Positions 51,431 to 63,553 of a stretch of DNA of 64,000 nucleotides are shown here, piece after piece. A program made the translations under genes and the position numbers. This stretch comes from Podarcis bocagei (taxonomy: Eukaryota), in assembly GCA_964188305.1 (NCBI GenBank), contig OZ076885.1. One strand, written 5' to 3'. Within the stretch, counting starts at the first letter, position 1; each line of letters begins with the position of its first letter. A model generated the notes under the pieces. It did not search any database, had not been told where the DNA came from, and saw only the letters and a program-made list of their open reading frames with translations.

Positions 51431-52277
51431 TTTGCTATGCAGCGGTTTGATCGAGTCCCAGTATATTTGACGGATATTTTTGGGTGCCTAGCCTGAAACC
51501 ACCTGCTCGCTCTCTAAACCAGAATATCACTGATCTAGATAATTAATGGCCACAAATCTAATACAAATAGTAATGCTTAGAATCCGTGGGTTGAGTCCAG
51601 GTGTATTTCGGCCTCTCTGGATATTGAACATCCGACTTTGCCACACTTCAGCAACAAAAGGGACGTTGTTAAGATGGGATTGATATGCAAGTTTCACACT
51701 TAACAAGACATGAGCTAAATGCGAAATGGGAATTTATTTAAAGTAGAAAAGAATTTCACCTCCTTATGTGCTTATGCGTGGTATTTAGCTTGCTTTGCAG
51801 ATCTGTTATCGGTTGGGAGTCTGATCTTTTACCCTTTGCTTGTTTGCATTTGTGTTCCACTTACTAATGGAACACACACATCTGTTTGTTTTTGGGCTTT
51901 CTGACCTCGCATTCCTCACCCACCCTTATTTTGTCACCACTGCACATGTGTATGCCATGTACATATCTGCAAGCTGAAAATACCATTTTATGCATCTAAT
52001 GATACATCTGGCTGAGCCTACTTTATGCTAAAGTGTGTTGTTTTTTGCTGCAGAAAAGTAATATGGCTGCCTTTCTAGAACACGGCAGTAGCCAGCAAAA
52101 TGATGAGAAAGCAAATGATGTCACTTGAAACTAGTGAGACCTAGCTACATTGGATATGGCTCTTACAGAGCAGAGCTGCAAAAGAACCAGACATACAAAC
52201 TGAATCCATGAGAGACTAGGCATTCTGTTAGATTTACAATTCATGCAGAGTAATCCTTTACTCTTAACCCCCTAATA

Positions 52278-52784
52278 CAGTGGTTTTCAACCAGTGTGCC
52301 ATGGCACCCTGGAGTGCCTTGAATGATGGTCAGGGGTGTTGCTGGCAACACTGGCCTCTGCCATTCTTTCCTTCCCTCCCTTCTCTGGTGCCCTCTCGCG
52401 TTTCTGCCTCCCAAAGGCTTGCATAGCTGTTTGTTGCAGCAGCCCTGGCTACAAGCTTCCTGGGCGAATGGTGCCTCTAGAACTGGCCAGAGGGTGCTTC
52501 CCAGGCCCCTGTATGGCAGTGGGAGGAGACACCTCTCTTTGGGGCGGGGGCAGGGACAGCTCAGAGACCAGGGGCGGCAGCTCTGGCTACCCAGATAACT
52601 CCCAATGAAAGGGGAGAGGAGAAGAGACTGAGGGAACACTCCACAAGGGAGAGTGTTTGAAAAAAGGGTGAGAGGCTGCCAGGTCTACTGGCAAGGGGTG
52701 ACAGAACTGGGCTCATGAGCCCCACAGGGGTGCCACAGAAAGAATGTAGTTGGTCAAGGGACCCAAAAAGATTGGAAACCTCTG
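52278..52784. mobile_element. Non-autonomous hAT element (diverged)
   Basis: TIR-like CAGTGGTTTTCAACC / GATTGGAAACCTCTG; TSD CCCTAATA / CCCTAAGA (1 mismatch). Confidence 0.7.
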
Positions 52785-54674
52785 CCCTAAGAAGTGGGTT
52801 ACGAGTGCTGGTTAATGCTTCACAGTCTTGTTCTATGCACAGGCAGGCATGTTTAACAGGTTTAAAAGACAGGGCTGTACTTCCACTGAATTCAGCTGAA
52901 CTAAGTTTCAGATAAACATAAATAGTATTAATATTACTACACTCAAAATGGGTCTTAAAGGGGAGAGTGCTACAAAAGACAGTTGAACAATCACAGATTA
53001 AACTGTGGAGAGATGAGTGTTAATCTAAACATTTTCTGTGGTTTATTACTGTAGACCCTGGCATGAATAAAAAGGTGGGCATATGGTAATATGACAGGAG
53101 ACCATCCATTATGAACTTTCTTGACTCTGGTACCAGTCTGATCTCAAAACATGTCAAAACATGTTTGTGAATCTAAGTTTGGCCTCATTGACGGGCAGTA
53201 TTACAATATGAGTAGGAAAATGAGAGTACCCCTGAACATTTTTTTTTAGAAAAAAACCACTGTGCTGCTTGCATAAATTTTGCTTTCTTAATTGGCATTA
53301 ATATATTCTCCCACTTTCATTTCATATAATACACCAAGCTTTATTCCGTTTGTGTAAGAACTTCTTGTGGGCATAAGGTTAAGAGTAAACACATATTCTT
53401 GACAGACGCATGTTGTAACTCTAGCAAAAGATCCTAAACTTCTTGGTAGTGTATGACTACACAAGTGCTGGGCACATGTGTGGTTTCAGACACATACTTT
53501 GTAACAGCACAAAAGCCTGTATTAAAGCATTGTATCTATAAGCTGTGTTGCCAGAGACCTTAGAAAAGTGCCTGTGCTCTTGCATATTGTGGAGATATTG
53601 CATCATGACATCAACTCAGCATATTTTGACTGTGTGTACTTGTGAATTATGAACTCACAGTTCAGTTGTGCCTGAGCAGTGACATCAGCACTGAAGAAAT
53701 AACACCCTATATTTGGAAACAATGCTATATCTAAAGTGGCCATGCATAAGCCTGATCCTGTACATGCTAGCTTAGAAGTAGGTCCTTATTAGTGAAATGG
53801 GGTTTACTCCTAAGCAGGTACGTTTAGGACTGCAGCCATGAAAGGTATATGGATGTTATGTGAACGCTTGTTTATGAAAATGTGTTTAGGTAGTATGCCT
53901 TCATAATTGCAAGAGGAAATAAAAAAGCACCACCATCATCGATACTGTAATCACTACTACTATCACAAAATTGCCCATCATTATGGCATGTGCTGCAAAG
54001 GTAGGCTTCCATATCCAAGAAACATACTATAAACTCCTGCAAAACCCATGTCACTAAAAGCCACTCACCACATGTCACTTGTGGATGGCTGGTTTTACCT
54101 TCAGTGCATTCCTATATTCAACAGTTCCTTTTTCTACACAGTAAATGAATGGCAACTATTCATTTATATGGGAGAAAGTTAAGGAGTCGCTTGGAAATAC
54201 CACTGAGCTGAAATCCCTTCCTCTCTTTCATGCTCCTGGTGTGACCCCCTGCATTGCCCTGTTCTTTCAATTGCATGTTGGCAGCCTTGTTTATTTCTTG
54301 GTCAAAAAAGAAAGTGACAGGATTTTGGGAACTGGCAGCTGACAAATGATACTGCTCGTGGTGTGCTAGGGTTTTCTGCCCAAGATCATGGTGTCATGTA
54401 AGAGTAGGAGTGGAAGAACCCGAGACACAGAAGTTCCTGGGTTGCAACTCTCATCATGCCTGGCCATTTGTCATGCTGACTGGGGATGATGGGAGTTGAA
54501 AGTTCAATAACATTGGAGAGTCACAGATTGTATGAGAGGATGCGTGATTTATATTCTGTGGGAAGATGGCCAGGAAATGGTCCTGCTCTTCAGCTAAGGG
54601 CTGCCAAAGTGGCCTTTGGTTCCTTCCATCTCTAAGAGCACTCTGTTCACCTTTCCAGCCGCAAAGCGGTAGAA

Positions 54675-54995
54675 TTATATGCCGCCCATCTGACCGGGTT
54701 GCCCCAGCCACTGTGGGCAGATCCAAAAACACAACAAAACATCAACATTAAAAACTTCCCTAAACAGGGCTGCCTTCAGATGTCCTCTAAAAGTCAAATA
54801 GCTCTTTATTTCCTTAACATCTGATGGGAGGGCACCACTACCAAAAACGCCCCCTGCCTGATTCCCTGTAACTTCTCACAGTGAGGGAACCATCAGGCTG
54901 CCCTGGGAACTGGACCTCAGTGTCCAGATAGAGACACTCCTTTGTGTATACAAGGTGAGGCCATTTAGGGCTTTGAAGGTCAGCACCAGCACTGT
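54675..54995 (-). mobile_element. L2-type LINE 3' fragment
   Basis: Shares GCCTTCAGATGTC...TGATGGGAGGGC...TTCCCTGTAAC...CAGTGAGGGAACC...CTCAGTGTCCAG with the 27490 copy. Confidence 0.7.
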
Positions 54996-55219
54996 GAACA
55001 AAACTGTTATTTTGCACACTAGTCATGCTCATGCCTCTGATACAAATGAAAAAGGACAGGGAGAATATTTTCCCTCTGCTCTTATCTGTCAAGGAAAACA
55101 TAAAAAATAAACTCCACTTAGGTGGTAATAATGGCAGGTTCGTTCATCAGGCCCCGGTGCTTGCCTATTCCAGCACTTAAAATTATCCTGGAATAAACTG
55201 CTTCATTTTAACAGTACAG

Positions 55220-56290
55220 CGATGTTCGAATTTTGGAAAGATGCAGAAACACCGGGCGTCTTCCTCGCCGCGCGGAAGACTTTGTGCAGGCGCGCCTAGG
55301 TGGCAGCGCCTCCCGTTGTTCTTCTAATCGTCCCCGCGGCCTTGCAAAGGAAAAATCCAGGTTGGCTATCGCGCCGCCCTCCCCATCCTCTGCGAAACTT
55401 TCGTTAGGTGGCATCCATCAGCCACGCCAGCCCTTCTCCGCGCGCTGAGTCATGAGAGCAACAGTTCCCCGCCACCCCCGCCGGCTGAGCGCACTTTGGT
55501 ACGCTCCGCCTCCGCTTCTCCCTCCCTCTCGGCGCGTTGGTGCGTTCCATCCCGCCCCGACAACCCAACCCGGGAGCCCAATGGTACATCTCGCCCTCCC
55601 CCTGCGGCTGCGAGCAGTGGTTGGCTCCGGCGGCGGCGGCGGCGGCAGCAGCAGCAGCAGCAGAGTCTCGTCCGGTCCCGCCCCGCCTCCCTCCGCCTTG
55701 TCATTGATGTTGTTGTTTCTGTCGCAGGAGCCGGAGGGGAGGCCGAGGCCGGGCTCGGGGCTGCGGCCGCCGGCGGCTGGGCCGGCCATGTCGTCGGTGT
55801 GTGGGGGGCCGGTGGGCGCCGGCTCCCTGCCCAGCGAGCTGGTGGTCCACATCTTCTCGTTCCTGGCCGCCCCGGACCGGCTCCGGGCCTCGGCCGCCTG
55901 CTCGCACTGGCGAGAGTGCCTCTTCTACCCGGCCCTGTGGCCCCGGCTGCGCCTCAGCCTGCGCGTCTGCCCGGCCGAGCGCCCGCGCCTCGACTTCCTC
56001 ATGCGCAAGTGCGGCTGGTTCGTGCGCGAGCTCCGGGTCCAGTTCGCCGCCGACAACTACCCCAGCGGAGGAGCCGGAGGCGGAGGAGCAGGAGCCGGAG
56101 GAGGAGGCGGCGCCAGCGGGGTGTGCGAGGAAGCGGCAGCCGCAGCGGCCGCGGCGGAGGGAGAAGCGCAGCTCTGCCCTCGCTGGCTGGAGCTGCTGAG
56201 GACCTACCTGGAGCTCGTACTCTGCGTGCTGAGCAGCGTCCGCAACAACAGGTAGGACGGCGTGGTGGGAGGCCAGCCAGCGTTAACTAA
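55220..56290 (+). promoter_or_regulatory. CpG island / promoter and first exon of FBXO33
   Basis: Very GC/CpG-rich; GC boxes, CCAAT at ~55577, TGAGTCA (AP-1) at ~55446; (GGC)n(AGC)n run in the putative 5' UTR at ~55629-55663. Confidence 0.75.
55707..56251 (+). CDS. FBXO33: F-box only protein 33, first coding exon (gene continues beyond the window)
   Basis: MLLFLS... then F-box SLPSELVVHIFSFLAAPDRLRASAACSHWRECLFYPALW, FLMRKCGWFVRELRV, YLELVLCVLSSVRNNR; donor AG|GTAGG at 56251/2. Alternative in-frame ATG at 55788. No downstream exon recognised up to 64000. Confidence 0.93.
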
Positions 56291-56381
56291 CATTCACAAA
56301 CACACACACACGTACTAACACCTATGCAAAAACACGCCGAGCGGGAGGGAGAGTTGCAAAGCCTCCTGCTTCCCAAGTGTG

Positions 56382-56382
<1 letters not shown>

Positions 56383-56463
<81 letters not shown>
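56383..56463. repeat. Compound (CAG)n(CT)n microsatellite in FBXO33 intron 1
   Basis: Direct reading. Confidence 0.95.
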
Positions 56464-56467
<4 letters not shown>

Positions 56468-59400
56468 CAAAGGTTCATGTGCTTTCTAACATCTGCCTGA
56501 ACTTATTACTGGGTGGGGGAAGCTGCACCTGTTGAATTCCCGGTTGTCACGCATCCACTTAAAGATGCCTTACTCCTGCTGTGCGCGCCGGGAGGGGGGG
56601 GGAGGGATGTGTGAGCGGCGAGGAAGGAGCCATTCCGGAGCAACTCTAAGGGAACATCACATGAAGGAACACACGTCTGCACGTCGCCACCCAAAAGTGC
56701 TGCGGTTGGGGGGGGGGATCCTTGTGGAGAGGAGTGTTTCTGGATAGGTAGCATCACTACCTTCCGCACGTCAAGTACCTTCCCTGGGATGTCACCAAAA
56801 ACGGAGCTGTTGAGAAAGTCGTTATTTGCCCTGTGCCCCCTGTTTTGATGGGCTCATAATACTTTTTGTCATAAGCTGCTAGGAAAACCTGACAGTTGCT
56901 TTTGGTTTCTTGACTGATAGAAACACTAACCATTTGTCAGCTAACATGTCACTTCTTTAGTGCCTAAATCCTTCAAAATGGGAGACAGTGGCTTTGTGGT
57001 GTCCGTTCTAGAACACCTACTGTTAGTGTACTATTCTGAAGCCAGCAGCAGGGCACATTAATAATTTGCTCTGCTATAGGCTGTTACATAATTGGGAAAC
57101 AAGTTAAAGAACATTTTCTTCTTTTTTAAAGGGAGCAATACAGCAATACCAGCTGATCCAAAGTGATATCTTTTCCTTTCCAGTGACTCTAGTGTTTGTT
57201 GTCATACAACAAAGGTGTCACAGTTAGTTACATATTTTGCATTTTTAATTGGGTTTTATAAACAAGAATGTTTTACAAATAAGTATACCAAATTTTTCAT
57301 TTCATTTGTATATCACAAAAATAGCATAAACATATTTTGCATTTGTAAGCCTTTAGTACTGCATTCTCCCTCAAGATTTCCAAAATTCCCATTCTGTCAA
57401 GGTCATATAATGAAAAAAATCTAAGTTGATCAGTTGTGTTCCAGAGCTGTTTGTTTCCTTTTGTTTCCTTTTGTGTTACTCTTGTTTCTCTCTGCTCCAC
57501 TACAGAATGAAATGTCCTTTTCAAGAAAAGATTGTGCAGTTGTCCATGCTGTGCTCATCACTCTTTCCTACAGCCAGTTCTGCACAATAGAATGGACGAT
57601 AGTTTGCACATCTTAAGTGATTTGCAGTAAGAAAATCCTGTTCAGATCACACATCTCAGAAAATTAAACTGCTGCAACTGGTACAGCAACCATATGTCAA
57701 TGAAAAGATGTGATAAGACCTGAAGCAGCCAAGATCAGATTTGTGGCCATTTTTTTCAGAGATTTCCAAATTCCGTCTCACTCTGTTGGGTGCTACAGTG
57801 ACCAGCTTTTGTCATGTGGATACTGAAACACTCAAGTATGTGTGCTGTGAGCCAGGAAATTGCAGTTCACTTTCATGGCAGCCAGGAAATTGCAGTTCAT
57901 ATTTCACCTCATCTGTGAACTCACTAGGTGACCCGCTGTGGGGCCTTTCTGTCACTTTTTATTTTTGCATATTTATTACATTTATTTAAATCCCGCCTTG
58001 CTCCCAAGGAGCTCAGTGTAACACACATGGTTCTTCCTCTCCCTATTATATCCTCACTGCTAGCACCCATGTGATGTAGGTTAGACTTGGAGATAATGAT
58101 TGGCACTCTTACACTCACCTGTGGAAAAGGCAGCTGCTTGCTTCAGGGAAGGAGGTAATCTGCATGAAAAGTAACAAGCCAAAAACCAGAAAGAGAGAGC
58201 AGCAAAGTCCTTTCTTTGAGCTGATACCCTGTCCGTCATCTAGAAGAGAGGCTTACAATACAGCACACACTGCAGGATATATGGTTATATAAAAAAACAA
58301 AACAAAATAAAATCATGCACCTATTATAAAAACAGCAACACTAAGGCCCAACTCTAACCAGCATCACTATCAGCAAGCCTGGACAAATTAATAGGAAACT
58401 ATTAGACTGATGAAGTGCTAGGTCTGCAACAAGGGTGTGGCAGGCTCGATGAGCCCCTCTCAAGCTAGCAGCCTATTAAAGCTGTGGGGAATTTGGGCCT
58501 CAGCAGTTTCTTATAGGACTTACCCTCCCTTTCACTCTGTTAGCTAATCATGGTACATAGATGACTTCACGGGCTTTCTTACTCAATCCTGCAGAATCTG
58601 AAGAGTGTAAAGATGATGGTATTGCAAGGGCTATTTGTATCTTGTGGTTGATCCTGCATACTGTCTGCTGGTTTTCCTTTGAACATCCCTGTTGCTTACC
58701 AGTTGAGGCCATGCTTGCATAAAACATTTCTCCAGTTCTATTTATATAGCCTTATTTCTTTACCAGCTAGGCAAAATAATAATTCTGTAGAAGTTGACCC
58801 CAGTAATTCTAACTGCAGCTGGTTGAGATTGCAGAGGCAATCTTGTTTCCTTAAAGTGTTTATGTAAACAACCCCATTGAAAGGACCAGCAAGCATTCAA
58901 AGCGTCTATGTCAGCCTTGTATCTTAACAACTTGCATTGTGACCATAGGCAACAAGGAATTCCATGCGGCTAATTAGTTGTCTGGCTAAGGAGGGATGGA
59001 TTGCTCTGTCCAGGCACCACCAACCCACTTCGTTTCTGTTCTCACCACTGGGGAAGAGGCTTTTATTCCTCTGAGCAGCATAACAACACAGCCTACTAGC
59101 TTTTTAGCAGGCTATTGGTTTTACTTTACAGGCTATTAACTCCAGTGGACTTAGTTACAAGGCTGTCTTAGTATGTCAATGATCAGGTAGCTTAAGAGTA
59201 GACTATGTGTTGCATATAAATGCTCTAGAAGCATATTTACCACCACAAATTTATTCCTTGAACCCCACAGAGGGGGAAAGCAGCTCAATTGGTGAGTTGG
59301 AAAGAAAAAAAATAGTTGATAATGAAAGAGTAAACCCACCCTGTTGCATCTCTGCACAAGATTTTCTCCATCTGAAGTTGCTTTTCCTTACAAAAAAAGA

Positions 59401-62400
59401 GCATCAGGGTTCATTATGTGCATTTTCATATTACTTCGTTCCTATGGTAATGAGCCAGAGCATGATCCTTTAGAAAGGATTGCTAGACTAGGGTGTGAGC
59501 AAAAAGTAGTGTCTGAACTGTATGTTTTGGTCATGTGCTGTTGAACGCACACGACTCAAATATTGCCAGAATTCTGACATGCACGCTTATTTGAGAAGTA
59601 GAAGGAAATGTGTTTCATTTGGCAGAACCATTCTGAGAGTGCATTAACTAAATCCAGCAAATACGTTTGACTCTTTCCTTCTCCTAGTGAAGCAGAACTC
59701 TCCCTACCCCCGCGGTTAACTTTCAGAATTTATTGAGGAAAATACTTAATTGTTGCAGCAGCTTTGTTCTGCAACAACACCTTCTGAATAAACCTTTAAA
59801 GCTGCAGGTCTAACCACATGTTCCCCTGAATAAGCCCTGTGGAAAAACCGTAGAATTCACTTTGGAATTAATACGGAGGATTGTGCTGTAAGTAATGTGT
59901 CGCACCCAAGAAGTTGTCTTTATTTCGCTTATGCTCTACTCCTCAAAGAGCAAATTGCATGTGGTTCCTGGGCAGCCTCCCAGTTTACTGCTTAGTTTCA
60001 GCTGCATCATGAGTTTTAAGACTATTCTCTGTTTAGTGTTGAGTAACGATCATGTTGAGTAATGATCATGTACTGTTGTCTCAGGTAATGGATGGGGATG
60101 TGCTGCCTTGATTTCATCCCTGGATGAATGGAAAATCTCAGGATCTTTCCCACTCTACAGTGCTGATAGAGCTTGCATGTGTTTGGTGCCTATCCACATT
60201 CCATCTGTCCTGCATATGAGTTGGGCACTGTGTACACAATTCACATTCCATAATGCATAGCCTTCATTAATGGATGTGGGCATTCAGCAAGAATATCTGA
60301 ACATCCAGTTCCTTCTTGCATGCACAATCCTCATCCAGCAAAGAAATCTGCTCTGGAAAGCCTGCTTCTATGTGTGGATCTCCTTAGTAGATTGCAATTT
60401 TAAATAGTCTTACTGAAGTAAATTCTGTTACAACAGTGGGGTCAGTTCACATATAACAAACAAACCAACCATTGTTTGGTGTTGGAGATGGAGCCTCAAG
60501 CTCATACGTTGTTATTATTTATTGAATTTGTTAGTCACTTTATCTTGCCCAAGGCAACTCAAACCGATTTATAGCCCAACTCTCCCAATAGATACATAAA
60601 AAGCAAGCGGATGATTAAAATTTTAAATATTCCACCCACTTCTAAAAGGCCACAGATAATTAGAGACCCCATGGAATCTTCTTTTTTAGTTACTTCCTGT
60701 TAGGAGTGTGCACCAACTGTAATATTTGGTTTAAATCCCAAAGCTTGGCACTTTATAAAACAACTCAGTTTGGCGCAGGAGAGTGAATCAGTTCCATTTG
60801 CCCCCCACCCTTCCAAGATTGGGAATTCAAATGGCTCTAATTTGTCCCCCTTTTGATAGAAGTAGGTGAACTTTGCAGTCATAGCAACTCATCCATAGTA
60901 GACTAGCACATCCAGGGGCTTTTGTGCTGGACACCTCCTCCCAGACATCCCGCTTGGCTTCACCATTTTTCTGAAACTGATGCACACCCCTATATCCTGT
61001 GAAACCTTTGCCACAAACTGAAATAACTAAGTGATTGTGTGTGTGATTTGGAGAGTGGGCAATCAGACCTCGCTCTTGTATGTCTTAACTTCTTCCATGT
61101 AAACATACTTAAGACTGGGTGGGGGGTAGGAAATTAAAGGATGAAATAGCCTTATCTTTTGAGGCCCTGAAATAATAATATCCTTTGAGGCCTTCTCTTC
61201 CTTCTCCTTGGTTGCAGGTGCAGTGGTATTAAACTGATTTTTTTTTTATTCTCCATAATTAGTTTCTTCATAGCACCTTGAAAAGGTGCTGTTTTGAATT
61301 GTTTCAAATATTTTCAAGGTCTGAAATAGAGATACTAAACTAGTTCTTCCTGTTGCTTTACTTTCTCTTCCTCCATCTGCAATGCCTGCTGGTTGGTTAT
61401 CTTCTTTTGTCACATTTGGTTTCTGGGGAAATACGCCTGCTCTTGACCTGTACGAGATAAATTATGTAGTAATGTTAACTTGTTAGAGCATCTGTGTAAT
61501 AAAAATGAATAGGCTTGAAAAGGAGGTGAATAAGCTAGGAAAGAAAGCGGCATATTAGCATGTTCAGCATTATGCAGCAAATAGGCTTCTGAAAGATAAG
61601 GCGTTTATTTCTGTCATTGAACTCTTGAAAGAAAAAGGGCACACCGGAGGCACATTTACTGATCAGCATAGCAAGATTGCTTGTTCTGGAGAGATTTTCA
61701 GTATTTTACAGAATAGAGGGAAATTTCCATGTCATCGCTGTATGAGATCAGAGAGTTGGTGGCTTTGTTTTTCACACAGCATGATTTAAAATGGCATATT
61801 TTATTGCACCAGCTAGTTATTCAAAATGGTTTGCAAGCAAAATATTCTTCACCAAGCAGTTGGAGAGAAAAAAATAGAAATGAAGGAGATATGCTTAGGT
61901 TGATGATCCAGTGGCCGAGGCTGGTGCTGCTTCTGACTGCCTCATTTATTCTTCAGTTACATAACAGACAGTGATAAAATTTACAATCTCTTCAAAACCT
62001 ACAGTATGTCTTTGTCACACACAAATGGCCTGAAGTGCAGAGCCTAAAAAGTCAACTTTAAGTGACTATTGTAACTAATCAAGAACATAACAGCCTGGAA
62101 ACTAAGGAAATATAGTCCCGTGCTTCAAAACGTTTGTGTTCTGATTAGAATTTTGGAGTGGCATGCGGAGGAAGCTAAATTCTTCTGTTCAAGCGAAGAA
62201 CCTATATTCTCCGTAGGAGAGAACAATGTAGTGGTTCTCAGGTTTGGGAATACAAACTCATGATTTACATTTACTAATGGTTCTGACTTCTGATAATGTT
62301 TTTATAACTATCTTGTTCAAAGCCCTTCAGAGAACATCCCTATTTGCAGTTCACACCATGATAACTTTCTTGGCTACAATGCCACCCACATAATGCAGTG

Positions 62401-63068
62401 GCATCATGACATACAGCGTGAGCAAGGCTCACTGCTAAAAATGGACAGAGCTACATCAAAAAGCACAGTATACTTAGCTGGAAATTCATATGATACAGTG
62501 CAATTCTCCATGGCATAGTGTGGGCAGATAAAGTGGAGCTGTCCTGTTTGCTACGTCTGAGTAACTCTATTCCCCCTACCATAAATGACTTAATGCATTT
62601 GAGAGGTAGGTGCTTTGTTTTTTTAAAATGAAAGCTTAAATTCAGAAAAAAGAGCAAAATGCACCCTGTCATTGATGTTTGCTTGACAGCTTGAATAACG
62701 ATAGAGCAAAAGAGGCCAATCTTTTAATTTCACCTTTATTAAACTGCAGCAAGATCCCCAGGGATTCTCAGAAATTGCAGTTATAAAATATGCTTTTGAC
62801 GTGAGTGTACAGCCTCCAGAGTACAGGCCTATTTTGAAACTGGTCAATACTTAGGAGCCTGGACATCGCCCTCTCTGAGCAGCCACTGTGTCAGGACTGT
62901 GATGTGAAAATGCTGCACCCGGCCAGAGGAAGCAGCCTATCTTAGTTTCCTCCTTGTCTTCTAGGTGCTCAGTGGAAGACAGTTCATAATTGAGGAGGTG
63001 GAAAATGCAGCAATTATGGCAGATAGAAAAATACGCCCCAATGTTCCTATCTAAGGCATTACCTAAGC

Positions 63069-63553
63069 CAGTGTTTCCCAACCACTGTTCCGCGGCACAC
63101 TAGTGTGCCGCGAGATGTTGCCTGGTGTGCCGCGAGATGTTGCCTGGAGGGAGGCGGGCGAGTTGGGCGGCGAGAGGCGGGGCGGCGACGGCGAGGAGAG
63201 GCCGCCCAGCGCGGGGCTCTCGCCGTCTGCCTGCCTGGCTGCCTGCGAGCTCGGCGGGCAGCGCCTCCGTCCGCAGCGCCCGCCTCGCGGCTCTCATTCC
63301 CTGCCCCTGCCAAAGCTCACCCAGCCAAGCCGCGCTCTCCTTCCTGCCTCGCTTTGCTGCCTCCTCCCCCCCACCCCCAAAGCTTGGAGGTTCCCCGGCA
63401 AGGGGGAGGGAAAAAAATTGAAACTTACACTTTCGTGCGTCCCTCCCAGCGTGACGCTGTGCGCTGACGTCACGGGGCTGTAATGGTGGTGTGCCTCGAG
63501 ATTTTTTTCATCAAACAAGTGTGCCTTTGCCCAAAAAAGGTTGGGAAACACTG
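63069..63553. mobile_element. Young non-autonomous hAT element with a GC/CpG-rich interior, in FBXO33 intron 1
   Basis: Perfect 15-bp TIRs CAGTGTTTCCCAACC / GGTTGGGAAACACTG; perfect 8-bp TSD ACCTAAGC (63061-63068, 63554-63561). Confidence 0.9.

Noticed and set aside
55452-55706. 85-codon in-frame N-terminal extension of FBXO33, and the 264-aa alternative-frame ORF 55496-56290
   Set aside because: The upstream ATGs overlap promoter elements (CCAAT, GC boxes) and are probably not transcribed; long ORFs are expected in CpG islands.
57850-57899. 20-bp direct repeat AGCCAGGAAATTGCAGTTCA (similar small duplications at ~60037 and an 11-bp inverted repeat at 16842-16878)
   Set aside because: Isolated local duplications with no further support.
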